This document shows positions 40,046 through 49,650 of a stretch of 64,000 bases of DNA, piece after piece (position 1 is the stretch's first letter; each line of letters begins with the position of its first letter). The stretch lies in the IMG/VR virus record IMGVR_UViG_3300027780_000006, positions 15,753 to 79,752 of that record. One strand, given 5' to 3'. The notes beneath the pieces are model-generated. The model worked only from the letters and a program-made list of their open reading frames with translations. It made no database searches and was not told where the DNA came from. Position numbers and translations under genes: made by a program. The DNA comes from a virus (taxonomy: Duplodnaviria > Caudoviricetes).

Positions 40046-41370
40046 AATACTTTTACTCCATACTTATGCTGAAAGTCTAATGCCTGCTCCCAAGTGTTAA
40101 CCATAGGTTCACCTTTAATATTCAAACTGGTGTTTAATAACATAGGTACTTTAGTAATATCATAGTACACCTCTAGTATACGTCGTAGTGCTGAGGTGCA
40201 GTCTTTGCGAACCACTTGTACTCGTGCTGTCCCATCAACATGTGTGACCGAACTATAGTCGTGTTTTGCTTTTGCCACGAATTGCATATACTCATTAGTA
40301 TACCCTTCAAAATATTCATCTACGTATTCCTCTAATATTGCTGGAGCAAATGGTCTAAATTTCTGTCTGCGTTTAATCGCATTGACTGTATCTTTGATAT
40401 CGAACCTAACATCTCCTAGTAAACTTCTGTTACCAAAAGCACGAGGTCCGAACTCAGCTTTGCCATTAGCTATTCCAACTACTTTATTACTTATAATTTC
40501 TTTTACTACTTCTACTGGATTTATTTCTTGATCTATATTATGTCCTAAAAAACAATCTTTGAAGTTTATATGCTCTTTTCTGTGAGCAAGTATACAACCT
40601 AATGCACTCCCAGCGTCACCTGGGCTTGGAAATATCCACATATCATCAAACATTGGTCTTATTTTTGAATTTGCCACGCAGTTTAATGCTACTCCACCTC
40701 CATAAACTAATTTTCTTCCGTACTTTCTAGCCTCTAACATTATGTTATGTATCTCATGTTCTAAAAACAACTGAGCTGAAGCCGCTATATCTTCAGGAGT
40801 TTGCCAAAACCATTTGTTAATACTAATTCCTTTGTGTAGATTCGTATTTATTATATCACCCATATCAATACTAGGAGTGCCATAAGCTGCCATACCCATT
40901 GTAATGTATTCATCTTCGTTTGGTTTTAATCCGATGCGTTTCGTGATAGCACTATAGAATAGACCTAAACTACTAGGGTATCTTTTGCTCCAGACTTTCT
41001 TTCTATCTTTCCAGATAGTTGCTGTATCATACTCACCGATTGCATCTATTACAACGCATACTACATCATCTTTAAAAGGAGCAGTATAATATCCTGCTGC
41101 CATATGACTCTCATGGTGTCCTACAAATTCATCATACTCATTCCCTTCATGGGGTTTCATATGATGTTGTTCTCGTCTTTCGTTTTTTAACTTAATATCT
41201 TCATAAAAAACACTAACATCGTGGTCAGTAGTTTTTAAATAGTCAGGTACCCATCGAGTATTCTTTACACGAGTATACCTCTCTGCATGTGTTGCAAATA
41301 AAATTTCATTATTTCTCATGACTGCTACTCCAGCGTCATGAAACCCTTCACTAATCCCTAAATATTTCAT
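40042..41370 (-). CDS. Carbamoyltransferase (NodU/CmcH family)
   Basis: GISEGFHDAG, HHESH, DAIGE, GGVALNC, GDAG, GPRAFGNRS and NTSLN. Confidence 0.92.
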   Translation of the reverse strand: MKYLGISEGFHDAGVAVMRNNEILFATHAERYTRVKNTRWVPDYLKTTDHDVSVFYEDIKLKNERREQHHMKPHEGNEYDEFVGHHESHMAAGYYTAPFKDDVVCVVIDAIGEYDTATIWKDRKKVWSKRYPSSLGLFYSAITKRIGLKPNEDEYITMGMAAYGTPSIDMGDIINTNLHKGISINKWFWQTPEDIAASAQLFLEHEIHNIMLEARKYGRKLVYGGGVALNCVANSKIRPMFDDMWIFPSPGDAGSALGCILAHRKEHINFKDCFLGHNIDQEINPVEVVKEIISNKVVGIANGKAEFGPRAFGNRSLLGDVRFDIKDTVNAIKRRQKFRPFAPAILEEYVDEYFEGYTNEYMQFVAKAKHDYSSVTHVDGTARVQVVRKDCTSALRRILEVYYDITKVPMLLNTSLNIKGEPMVNTWEQALDFQHKYGVKVF

Positions 41371-41734
41371 GCTTTTTGGGGAAGTCCTCCAATATTTTTG
41401 AGTCCATGCAGAAACATTCGGTGTGACCACCGAACTTATGTGCTGTTTTATGTCTGTCAATTTCATATTTCTTGTGTAGTTTCTGTTCCCATCTCCAACA
41501 ATCGTATATCGTCCCGTTCCAAATTCTCTGTATTCTTATTTCGTAATTGGTAAAGCCACGCCCTCGTCGAACGACGTCTTTGAATGTTGTTCCTTTTGCG
41601 ATTCCTACTTTTATTGTTTCTCGTTCCCATGTTACTGTATTCACAAGGACAATTCCGTAGAGCAATCCTGCTTTCTCTTTTTCAAGAGGATGGTTATCAA
41701 AATAAGTGTGATTATAAATCCCACCAGCACTCAT
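41351..41734 (-). CDS. GIY-YIG/T5orf172-like nuclease-fold protein
   Basis: LYGIV..IKVGIA..R..EQKLH..GHTECF. Confidence 0.5.
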   Translation of the reverse strand: MSAGGIYNHTYFDNHPLEKEKAGLLYGIVLVNTVTWERETIKVGIAKGTTFKDVVRRGRGFTNYEIRIQRIWNGTIYDCWRWEQKLHKKYEIDRHKTAHKFGGHTECFCMDSKILEDFPKKHEIFRD

Positions 41735-42402
41735 ATTCGTAAGTCGCCTTCTTGTTGTTTATGTACTGACTTCCACGCTGCTTTTTTAGCATACGCAAGT
41801 TCTATACATTTAGTACAAACTTCACAAGGTTTTTTGTTTATCGTTTTGGTACAACTATGTACTAATTCCAGTAAGTCTGGTTTAGCTTGTATCAATGCTG
41901 CCACAATCTCTGATTTCTGCATCCATTCAAAAGGGAATAGATTAATAGGCAGTTGTAATATATGGCGAGGATGAATCCCGTGTGGGTCTAGCGTCCTGCT
42001 CCATCCACAGGCTAAAGCACGGAATGGAAATTTTAATTGTAATCTTTGTTTGAATGAATCATCTGAGTTAGCACCCCATATAATGGCTTTCCATTTAATC
42101 TTTCGATTACCTTGAATTAATGTGCATATAGCTGATTGATGTTGAAGAACAGGATAGTTATTAACTTTCCAGTCTTGGGGCATGTTTGCTTCGTCTACTA
42201 GAAGTCTTACTTTCATTAGGTCAGCTTGTTTTTGAGCCGCTTCGAGCTGTGCGTCTGCGCTCTCCCCCCAAACTTTATTATATAAATGTAGAGCCACAGG
42301 ATTATATCCTTTAGCTTTAGCGTACCATAAGGCAGCTGCACATTCTAGTCCACCACTAAGGTTGACTATTGAGTCTACATCATGTTTAAGGTTTTCAACC
42401 AT
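41731..42402 (-). CDS. QueC-like PP-loop ATPase (paralog 2)
   Basis: NLSGGLEC, PFEWMQKSEI and HSC..CEVCTKC. Confidence 0.72.
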   Translation of the reverse strand: MVENLKHDVDSIVNLSGGLECAAALWYAKAKGYNPVALHLYNKVWGESADAQLEAAQKQADLMKVRLLVDEANMPQDWKVNNYPVLQHQSAICTLIQGNRKIKWKAIIWGANSDDSFKQRLQLKFPFRALACGWSRTLDPHGIHPRHILQLPINLFPFEWMQKSEIVAALIQAKPDLLELVHSCTKTINKKPCEVCTKCIELAYAKKAAWKSVHKQQEGDLRI

Positions 42403-43151
42403 TTTATTTTATTCTTATCTCTCGAAGTCGGTAATCTGTTGCATGTTGCACAGATTGGGTTATATTTTCTATTGCCTTTGGCTAATTCTTCTTTTAACTT
42501 CTGTAACTCAGGGTTATTTTTCCATACATCAAAAAAGTTGTCTGTGTTTATATTACCAAATACATTAGTGTCTGTCCAGTCATTACAACATAGTTGTATA
42601 CTGCCATCCCAATGTACCCAGCCTTTTGTCATAGGTAATATACATACTTCATTAATTGCTGACCTATCGGTGGCAATACGATTGTATATATCACTTCTAT
42701 TTGATACTTGAATAGGCGTTTCGCCCCATTCTTCAGGTTTCATATTCTGATCCCAGTATCTATGTTGAGCTCTAGGCATAATCTTTTTTCTTTCTTCCAT
42801 CTGTTCTTTAGATTTATAACTGTTAATTATAAGACTATCAAACAAATCAAAAGTAGCCATACGCTCCGCTAATTTATATCCATTAGTTAGGATTCTTGTT
42901 CTATACGTTCTATTTGGATTGTGCAACATTCGAGCTAAAGTGCCGAAATCAGGGTGTAAGGAATTTTCTCCTCTACCTGTGAAACACACATATCCTTCAA
43001 ACCCCTCTAAGCTAGAAACAAACTTGCCGAATGTTCTAATACTCATATAGTGCTTGGCATTTGGATAACCACTACTACGAGGACAATAGTTACAGGTCTC
43101 ATTACAAAGACCAGTAACATCTATATTAATAAGTATCGGGTTCATATACAA
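42375..43151 (-). CDS. Radical SAM protein with SPASM/Twitch domain (paralog 2)
   Basis: CNETCNYC, GRGENSL and CILP..WDGSIQLCCNDW..CATC. Confidence 0.9.
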   Translation of the reverse strand: MYMNPILINIDVTGLCNETCNYCPRSSGYPNAKHYMSIRTFGKFVSSLEGFEGYVCFTGRGENSLHPDFGTLARMLHNPNRTYRTRILTNGYKLAERMATFDLFDSLIINSYKSKEQMEERKKIMPRAQHRYWDQNMKPEEWGETPIQVSNRSDIYNRIATDRSAINEVCILPMTKGWVHWDGSIQLCCNDWTDTNVFGNINTDNFFDVWKNNPELQKLKEELAKGNRKYNPICATCNRLPTSRDKNKIKWLKTLNMM

Positions 43152-43602
43152 AAATCCAATTGGTTCTTCCAGCCGAATCTATATTTGTACCAACTTCTTT
43201 AAATCCAAAGTCTAAGAAAGGTTGTTTACCTCCCTCATAAGTTATTTCACACATCATTCTGGGACTGCCCCATTGTTTCATACAAAATTCTTTCCCTTTA
43301 GTTAAATCTCTTTTGGTACACCCACCTTTGTAATCAGACCTCCAAGCTTGTCTACGAAAAGCAGGATATCTGTAAGATACTCCGTTATCTCCATAGAAAG
43401 TTTTTCTGTCGCATAGTGCATTTACTCCAACCATAACACCTTTATGATACCAAAGCATCCAATACTGGTGTTTGTCGTACTTATCTTCTAAGTCCTGGTA
43501 ACATACTTTGTTACGGACAATAAAACCATCGACTCTTAACTGTAGGGCATCATAAAGCTCATCTACAGTTAAGTAAGTATAGTGTTTTATTTTAGAAATC
43601 AT
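43126..43602 (-). CDS. ElaA-like GNAT-fold protein (paralog 2)
   Basis: ELYDALQLRVDGFIV..CYQDLE; shares KTFYGD.G..Y.YPA.RRQ.W and D.AGR.NW with paralog 1. Confidence 0.65.
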   Translation of the reverse strand: MISKIKHYTYLTVDELYDALQLRVDGFIVRNKVCYQDLEDKYDKHQYWMLWYHKGVMVGVNALCDRKTFYGDNGVSYRYPAFRRQAWRSDYKGGCTKRDLTKGKEFCMKQWGSPRMMCEITYEGGKQPFLDFGFKEVGTNIDSAGRTNWIFVYEPDTY

Positions 43603-44540
43603 ACTCTTTTTACAATTCTTGGGATTATCTCCCCACTTCTTATTACTTCTACATTACAACCTATTTCTAAGTCAAGAGCTTCAATATATGCAATGTTATG
43701 CAGTGTAGCTCTTGATATGGTTGCTTCTCCTATCACACAAGGTTCGAGTATAGCGACTGGTGAAACTGCACCTGATTTACCGACATTCCATTCAACATCT
43801 AATAATCGAGTAACAACTCCTGCTTGCCTAGTTTTTAGAGCAAAGCTACCTCTAGGGTGGTGTGCGGTGTAGCCTAACGATTCAAAATATATATTAGAGT
43901 CGACTCTTACCACTTTACCGTCCTGAGGGAACTGGCTATAATCACTTTGGGTGACTGTGTTTAGTCCCATACTCGCTAACATACCCATATCTCCTATCCA
44001 ATCTGGACAGATGGCTGGTGAACAGCCGTAGGCTATGAAAGTCAAGTCACGAGACTGAAATTCTTTTGTACTTTTTAAGTTCAATGCACCTGCTGCATAA
44101 TTTCTAGCATTAGGTATTTCCTTTGGAGCTACAATCTCACCTGTAATTTGGGTAAGTTGAGTTCTAAAGATTTTATTTGGAACTATAGTTTTAATTTTAT
44201 CAGTAATATCTAGCCCTTCTTTGCCATCGCCACGTGTTAACGCCTGAGATAATACGCCATCTATATAAGTTATAGATACAGCTGCACCGTCCAGTTTAGG
44301 AGTCATAATAGTTGCTTTTGTGGTGTCCCATTTTGGTTCCTCATCTTCTCCGATAAAGACCTTTTGTAATGAATACATTGGGAAAGGGTGTTTGAATCTT
44401 TGTTCTCCTACTTCTACATAGCCTACTTTATTTTGTAGTACAGTGTTTTCTGTAAGTCTGTCGTATACCTCGTCCGGCAATATAGGATTGCCTTCAGCAT
44501 ACTTCTGATTACAATATTCTAGGTATTCTGTCTTATTCAT
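43599..44540 (-). CDS. ligA: NAD-dependent DNA ligase subunit A (adenylation + OB)
   Basis: MYSL, KLDG, TRGDG, GE, RNYAAG, DGKV and ATLHN. Confidence 0.93.
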   Translation of the reverse strand: MNKTEYLEYCNQKYAEGNPILPDEVYDRLTENTVLQNKVGYVEVGEQRFKHPFPMYSLQKVFIGEDEEPKWDTTKATIMTPKLDGAAVSITYIDGVLSQALTRGDGKEGLDITDKIKTIVPNKIFRTQLTQITGEIVAPKEIPNARNYAAGALNLKSTKEFQSRDLTFIAYGCSPAICPDWIGDMGMLASMGLNTVTQSDYSQFPQDGKVVRVDSNIYFESLGYTAHHPRGSFALKTRQAGVVTRLLDVEWNVGKSGAVSPVAILEPCVIGEATISRATLHNIAYIEALDLEIGCNVEVIRSGEIIPRIVKRV

Positions 44541-44546
44541 ACATAT

Positions 44547-44575
44547 ATTATACAGAAAATTTAAGGATTTGTCAA
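44547..44575 (-). promoter_or_regulatory. sigma70-type promoter (ligase A, leaderless)
   Basis: TTGACA-17-TATAAT; ATG 6 nt downstream. Confidence 0.85.
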
Positions 44576-44591
44576 GTATTATTTTTGTGAG

Positions 44592-44894
44592 TTATAAATA
44601 AATCTTATCTAATACATCCTTGAAATGAGTTTCAAGAACTGTTTTGACTTCGGAGATAGATAGAATCTCAACTAACCCCTCAAACAGAGCCTTGCTATTA
44701 TTAAAGTCTATAGGCATAGCTAAGCCGTCCCGTGTCGGTTTCCATTCTTCGTCAAAGTCTAGGTAATATTTCCTAATATGTAGGTATTCTATATTTCTAA
44801 AGCTATTTACAGTAAGGTAAACTCTCTCGTGTTTTTCTTCATTGTAATGTATTAGCTTTTCATATACAGGGGGCGCATTATGTAGTTCTATCAT
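44592..44894 (-). CDS. PC4-like ssDNA-binding protein
   Basis: LTVNSFRNIEYLHIRKYY..WKPTRDGL PC4 motif. Confidence 0.8.
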   Translation of the reverse strand: MIELHNAPPVYEKLIHYNEEKHERVYLTVNSFRNIEYLHIRKYYLDFDEEWKPTRDGLAMPIDFNNSKALFEGLVEILSISEVKTVLETHFKDVLDKIYL

Positions 44895-45150
44895 TCTTCA
44901 ATATCGCTGATAAAGGAACAATGGAAGTAACATTCTCAGGTGCTAAAAGCCTGTAGCTATCACAATCCCAACAAAAAAGTAATACTTGATTATTGTTTGG
45001 TGTAGCCCTATTCTTTTTAGTCTGAATATGCTTATTGTCAAAATCCATAGTGCAAACATTATATTTCATTCTGCGACTATTTTGACTACGATAGGTAATG
45101 ATGGCGTCGCCCGCATTACTGACGTTCTTTATAAAATCATCTTTTTGCAT
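44878..45150 (-). CDS. Conserved T5-like hypothetical protein
   Basis: IITYRS..CTMDF..FCWD..SYR; adjacent to D3 as in T5. Confidence 0.55.
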   Translation of the reverse strand: MQKDDFIKNVSNAGDAIITYRSQNSRRMKYNVCTMDFDNKHIQTKKNRATPNNNQVLLFCWDCDSYRLLAPENVTSIVPLSAILKNDRTT

Positions 45151-45225
45151 GAGTTTCCTTGTAGGTAGTTAAAGTCCTTTAGCGTCCTATCAATGGTATT
45201 ATCTTGCAAGGTCAAATCTATAGAT

Positions 45226-45260
45226 AAAAGAAGACCCAGCCCTTACGAGCTGAGTTCTTC
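45226..45260 (-). terminator. Rho-independent terminator after D3
   Basis: GAAGAACTCAGC/GCTGGGTCTTC stem followed by TTTT. Confidence 0.8.
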
Positions 45261-45271
45261 AAGGGGTAAAG

Positions 45272-45745
45272 TTAGTCGTTCAGTTCGTTAATTAACTGTG
45301 CGAAATACTGAGCAGCCTTACCAGTAAGCTTACTGATAATTGCAGTGTCTGGTTCTTTACCTGCGTCTGTGATTGCTGAAGCTAAGTCATCCTGAGCACC
45401 TGCTACAGAGACTCTAGTTCCACCACCAGTTCCGCTAGATTTAGTTCCAGCCGCTGGAGTTTTCTTTACATAAACTCCTGCCTTTGTTAAAATCATTCTG
45501 ACTCCATTTGGGCTCTCACCTAATTCATCAGCTACAACTTTAACTATTTCCATACTCGTTTCGGGAGTAGGTTCTTCTGCAGTATACATCTCTACTGCCT
45601 GAGCTTTCATTTCGTCTGTCCAAGCCATTTTTCTTTTCCTTGTTAATTTAAATTTTAGTTCATATTCGGCAAGAGTCATAGTATTTTTATAACCTGGGCA
45701 CCAACCTGTGGTATCCAGCATTTGTGTATAAAACCTATCGCTCAT
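45272..45745 (-). CDS. D3: T5 D3-like DNA-binding protein
   Basis: MAWTDE..ADELGESPNGVRMILTKAGVYVKK core starting at 45628; an in-frame 39-aa extension has its own SD (AAGGA). Confidence 0.75.
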   Translation of the reverse strand: MSDRFYTQMLDTTGWCPGYKNTMTLAEYELKFKLTRKRKMAWTDEMKAQAVEMYTAEEPTPETSMEIVKVVADELGESPNGVRMILTKAGVYVKKTPAAGTKSSGTGGGTRVSVAGAQDDLASAITDAGKEPDTAIISKLTGKAAQYFAQLINELND

Positions 45746-45769
45746 TGCTTATTTCCTTAATATAAATAT

Positions 45770-45798
45770 ATTATACTAAAAGTTTAAGCAAGAGTCAA
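45770..45798 (-). promoter_or_regulatory. sigma70-type promoter (D3)
   Basis: TTGACT-17-TATAAT. Confidence 0.8.
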
Positions 45799-45808
45799 GA
45801 ACTAAATT

Positions 45809-46165
45809 CTATATGCTATACCCAAAAGTAGTAATATCTTCCCTGTACATTAGTGCAACACTACTTTTAGACTTTAGTGTGTACCACTGCTCCCACATAG
45901 GTGCTACAAATAAGTTATCCAAAATAGAAGTATCTTCCACAACTAACTCATGTTCCTGTAGTTCATGCTTCCAATCTTCTAACCTTATTAAAATATCGCT
46001 ATCTTTATACATTTCCTTCTGTGAAGTCATTGTATATTTTTGTAGCCAATTATCTAGACCTATATAATTAAGACTATTATGGTACTCCGTTATTACTCTT
46101 TCGTAAGGGTTTCTAACTACTCCAATTTTAATTTTATTCGAGACCAGAGATAAATTCTGATTCAT
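45809..46165 (-). CDS. Short sulfotransferase-like protein (lacks the 5'-PSB motif)
   Basis: VVRNPYERVITEY..IRLED. Confidence 0.5.
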   Translation of the reverse strand: MNQNLSLVSNKIKIGVVRNPYERVITEYHNSLNYIGLDNWLQKYTMTSQKEMYKDSDILIRLEDWKHELQEHELVVEDTSILDNLFVAPMWEQWYTLKSKSSVALMYREDITTFGYSI

Positions 46166-46297
46166 ATCTCAACTCCCGAGCTAATGCTCTGCAGTCTTCA
46201 ATTGCATGACTTAACATAGGAGGTTCTACTTCTCCTAGTTTATCTAGCTTCTCTATAAGTGCTTTTAGTTTAATAGCACAGTGTATTCTTTCGTGTG

Positions 46298-46546
46298 TCA
46301 TCCTAATAATCCTGTTACAAAGTTTCTAATGAATCTCTCTCTATGTTTGCCAACATCAAGTGCGGCATACATTAATAATGGCGTGAGAGGTAAGGCTAAA
46401 ATCAGCACTATACCAATCACAAATTTTTTATGTTTAAGGACTACATTGTCTTTATCCACTAGGGTTGCTATTTCAAAAGCTGGTATAACCAATTTCCAAA
46501 TTACTATGACCCATCCAGATAGCCAAAATGCTATTAAATAATCCAT
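46298..46546 (-). CDS. Small membrane protein
   Basis: Two hydrophobic segments. Confidence 0.6.
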   Translation of the reverse strand: MDYLIAFWLSGWVIVIWKLVIPAFEIATLVDKDNVVLKHKKFVIGIVLILALPLTPLLMYAALDVGKHRERFIRNFVTGLLG

Positions 46547-46577
46547 ATGTTTTCCTTATTCTCATTTTATGAGTTCT

Positions 46578-47231
46578 TTACAAATATTGTTGTAAGTGTT
46601 TTAGACTACCTAGTTCATACGATAACGCGTGACTATAGTAACCTGCTTTGCTCCCGTCTAGATGTGGAAAGAAACTCTTGCTCAAATCACAAGGCGTTAC
46701 CACCCATAATTTATAACATTGTGCTCCATATTTTTCCATATACATCGGGTCTTTGTGTACATCAAGTACTTGTGCCATATGATTCCTTCTAGCGCACCAT
46801 ACTTTTTCTCCTATTTCAAAAGAATCAGCTATGCACTGGTCTGGTATCATTGCCTCTTTGTGTCCTGCATAATCTGTTTCAGGTAACTTCTGAGGCACAC
46901 CTAATCTTTCTATAATACCTTTTACAAAGGCTGGCGACCTATAAAGACCTTGTGCTATTGTAGTAACATTGTCGCCATCAATATATCTTTGAACTACCAT
47001 TTTTATTTCTTGGGAATTTGCACCTTTTCCTTTGTTTTGTGCTTTTCTTCTGTCCCTAAACTCTACAGTTTCGATATGGTTGTCAATTATATTTTTTAAT
47101 CTTGTTGTGTTGTACGCTATATTCAGCATACCACACGCTTCTTTTTTAGTGATGGGCTTCTCCCCATCTAGGGCGGCTATAACCTTAGCTATATTCGCTT
47201 CCGTCAAGTTTTCGTGTTTCTTGATTCTCAA
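46578..47231 (-). CDS. HTH-containing hypothetical protein
   Basis: ITKKEACGMLNI and VTTIAQGLYRSPAFVK HTH-like segments. Confidence 0.55.
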   Translation of the reverse strand: MRIKKHENLTEANIAKVIAALDGEKPITKKEACGMLNIAYNTTRLKNIIDNHIETVEFRDRRKAQNKGKGANSQEIKMVVQRYIDGDNVTTIAQGLYRSPAFVKGIIERLGVPQKLPETDYAGHKEAMIPDQCIADSFEIGEKVWCARRNHMAQVLDVHKDPMYMEKYGAQCYKLWVVTPCDLSKSFFPHLDGSKAGYYSHALSYELGSLKHLQQYL

Positions 47232-47490
47232 TTTCTACCCCTAGTAATATTATTGCATAATGTATTATCTTTAATAAGTCAGCAGTATTCTTGCCGTCTT
47301 TCTTTCCATAGCGTTGGGCATATTTTATAACATTGCCTATGCAAAATCCTTCGCCATGTCCTGCATCAAAGATAAACTCTGTTGATTGTATTTTACTCAT
47401 ACTATAGTGTTTACTATAGGTTGACTGAATATATTTTGTTATAAGTGCAATGGTCTCATCTTCGTTAAATTTTGCGTCGTGCCATTCCAT
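47185..47490 (-). CDS. DUF3310-like protein
   Basis: HY..GFCIGNVIKYAQRYGKK..DLLKIIHY. Confidence 0.7.
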   Translation of the reverse strand: MEWHDAKFNEDETIALITKYIQSTYSKHYSMSKIQSTEFIFDAGHGEGFCIGNVIKYAQRYGKKDGKNTADLLKIIHYAIILLGVEIENQETRKLDGSEYS

Positions 47491-48131
47491 TATAAATTGT
47501 TCTCCGTTGTAAAAAATCCGACTTGCACTAATCTTCCTGTATCTTTGTTATGTCCAAAAGAAGCATTCATTGGTGCATGCCAGTAGTTTGCTGGGTAAAT
47601 AACACATCTATTGTATACATTCCCAACATAAGTATGTAGTTCCCAGTTTGGGTTGGAGGCTTTCCACTCTCCTTTAAAACCTGCATTAGTATCTATTTTT
47701 AAGTCGTCAGACTTAGTTACAAGCCCTGTTTTTTTACTTCTAAATAAACCAGTACCTGTTCCAATAAGTGCTTTAGGTTGTAAATATACTATACATGCCC
47801 AAGCTCTGCCTCCCGACTTTTTTAAGTCACTCTCAAACTTACCTGCTTGATCGTGGTGAATCCAATTAAGAAACTCGTTTTCTTTTTTTAATCCAAGAGT
47901 AAATGCTCCATTCGAGTTTTTAGCTGGAAATTCTATTATTCTAGCACCTATAGTTTTTTCTAATTTGTTCTTTAGAAATAGTCTATTCTCACTTGAGAAA
48001 GTGCCTACTGTCCTGTCCCCAGGAAAGTGCATTTTTTTACCTCTACGTCCAGGGTAGAAATACATCTTTAGTGCATTTTCTCTAACCTCGTCTGGGTTTG
48101 GGTAAAAGTTATCTACTATATGTATGGTCAT
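47490..48131 (-). CDS. 2OG-Fe(II) oxygenase-like protein (DUF6445-like)
   Basis: VDNFYPNPDEVR, IHHD, VYL.P..GTGLF, YNRCVIY..WH..RLVQVGFF. Confidence 0.75.
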   Translation of the reverse strand: MTIHIVDNFYPNPDEVRENALKMYFYPGRRGKKMHFPGDRTVGTFSSENRLFLKNKLEKTIGARIIEFPAKNSNGAFTLGLKKENEFLNWIHHDQAGKFESDLKKSGGRAWACIVYLQPKALIGTGTGLFRSKKTGLVTKSDDLKIDTNAGFKGEWKASNPNWELHTYVGNVYNRCVIYPANYWHAPMNASFGHNKDTGRLVQVGFFTTENNL

Positions 48132-48354
48132 TTTTAGACAATTCTTCTAATACTTCAATACCACCCTCTAACTTAGCTAGATATTCTTTCTTCTTCGCTA
48201 GTTGAGCTTTAATTGTTACTATCTCTGCTTCTACCGCATCGATCTGTATTTTTAAATTTTGTTTTAATACTTGACTGTGTTCCATTGTTTCCATTGTTGG
48301 TTCCTTTACTCCTATAAGTGCGTTTAGGAATGATTGTTTAGTGTCTTTTGCCAT
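48109..48354 (-). CDS. Small coiled-coil protein
   Basis: Heptad pattern; coupled to neighbours. Confidence 0.55.
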   Translation of the reverse strand: MAKDTKQSFLNALIGVKEPTMETMEHSQVLKQNLKIQIDAVEAEIVTIKAQLAKKKEYLAKLEGGIEVLEELSKNDHTYSR

Positions 48355-48526
48355 TTAGTCTTACTCCATTAAGCATATGGTATTCATCACCATTACTTTT
48401 CCTGACCACTATTGGTCTTTTTAATACTTGGAACTGTCTGTACTCTAACAATTTTTTATTGATTTCTTCGTCAGAAGTTCCCTTTTTAAACATTAAGGCA
48501 TGTTTGCCTATCATTACTTTTATCAT
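48338..48526 (-). CDS. Small hypothetical protein
   Basis: 62 aa; coupled to neighbours. Confidence 0.55.
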   Translation of the reverse strand: MIKVMIGKHALMFKKGTSDEEINKKLLEYRQFQVLKRPIVVRKSNGDEYHMLNGVRLNGKRH

Positions 48527-49119
48527 CTAGTTATTCTCTTTTCATAATCAGCAAAATCTTCATTCCACCAATCTGGCTTATCTCTATATTTCCACTCTGC
48601 AAAGGTTGCTTTGTCTAGGTGGTAATAATCTCGATACGATTGAATTACATCATCTTCGTTTTTTAACTCGTCTGGCATAGCCATAAGAAAAGGAGTCTGT
48701 CCTAACCTAGGCATATTCTGTGGCTCAGGTAGTTTATTTACTACTTCTACTATAGACTTGTGTTGTTTGCCATAACGATAGTGGTACTCATCATTGAGCG
48801 CGTTAGCGTAACAATGAGTCCACTCAAAGTTATCTAAGCTCGACCTAACCCATATTGTGCAAGGATGGTTATACATCATTGGTAAATAAGGGGTAAGAGG
48901 TCGCTCTTCCATAGGAAGATGTTTAATCTTAGCTTTCTTACTGTTTAGTACTTCTCGTTCGTCCTTGTCAAGCGCACGAGGTACAAAGCCTAGTACTGAG
49001 TCGACCCATATTGCTGTACACAGTAACTGTGCTGCCTCTAAAGGCATTTTAACAATATGCTTGTCAACATGGTACTCAGCTGATTTGTCTAAGTCTTCGT
49101 CTAAATAAAATAAATTCAT
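48523..49119 (-). CDS. Pyrimidine-dimer DNA glycosylase-like protein
   Basis: MNLFYLD..HVDKHIVKMPLE..HPCTIW..YRDYY. Confidence 0.7.
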   Translation of the reverse strand: MNLFYLDEDLDKSAEYHVDKHIVKMPLEAAQLLCTAIWVDSVLGFVPRALDKDEREVLNSKKAKIKHLPMEERPLTPYLPMMYNHPCTIWVRSSLDNFEWTHCYANALNDEYHYRYGKQHKSIVEVVNKLPEPQNMPRLGQTPFLMAMPDELKNEDDVIQSYRDYYHLDKATFAEWKYRDKPDWWNEDFADYEKRITR

Positions 49120-49240
49120 TTATTTCCAGCACTTATACTCGCCACATAATCCATCTTCATTTTCTGTAGTTCCACAGTAATGGCATGGTTTATCTGACTT
49201 GGTTGGTTTATGTTTAGTTTCTGTTATTTTCATATAGTAT

Positions 49241-49269
49241 ATTATACTAAATTTATCAACAGGTGTCAA
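49241..49269 (-). promoter_or_regulatory. sigma70-type promoter
   Basis: TTGACA-17-TATAAT. Confidence 0.85.
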
Positions 49270-49272
49270 GAA

Positions 49273-49650
49273 CTATTTTGAGTTTATCTTATCTTTTGCT
49301 GTTCCAGCATAAAGACCAAACCACGCAGCTCCTGCCCCAACAACTACTGAAATTAACCCTGATTGCTCAAAGGTTGGTGTCGGTAGTTCCATAAACCAAA
49401 TAGTACACTTATAAAGTAATACTATGTATACAGTTAAAAACATTCTAGGGAAGATTCTCCATGAATCTACCATTTGCGATAACCATATCCATTTCTGCCA
49501 TGGATTATCAGGTTCTTTGTCGTTCTCTAGTTCCATAATCTTAGCTTTTAATTCACCAATTTCTGAAACCATAGCCATAAACTTATTAAGGTCTATTTCA
49601 ACTTCGTTTCTCGACATATCGCCGCTAAACTGTTCACTCGGTTGTGCCAT
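49273..49650 (-). CDS. Membrane protein with two TM helices (holin candidate)
   Basis: RIFPRMFLTVYIVLLY..SGLISVVVGAGAAWFGLY; start set at MAQPSEQ after GGAGGA. Confidence 0.5.
   Translation of the reverse strand: MAQPSEQFSGDMSRNEVEIDLNKFMAMVSEIGELKAKIMELENDKEPDNPWQKWIWLSQMVDSWRIFPRMFLTVYIVLLYKCTIWFMELPTPTFEQSGLISVVVGAGAAWFGLYAGTAKDKINSK

Noticed and set aside
41371-41466. N-terminal extension of the carbamoyltransferase ORF
   Set aside because: Overlaps the upstream gene; the family motif begins at MKYLGISEGFHD.
30628-42402. 7-deazaguanine DNA modification pathway
   Set aside because: Only QueC-like genes are seen; FolE, QueD, QueE and DpdA were not recognised in the window.
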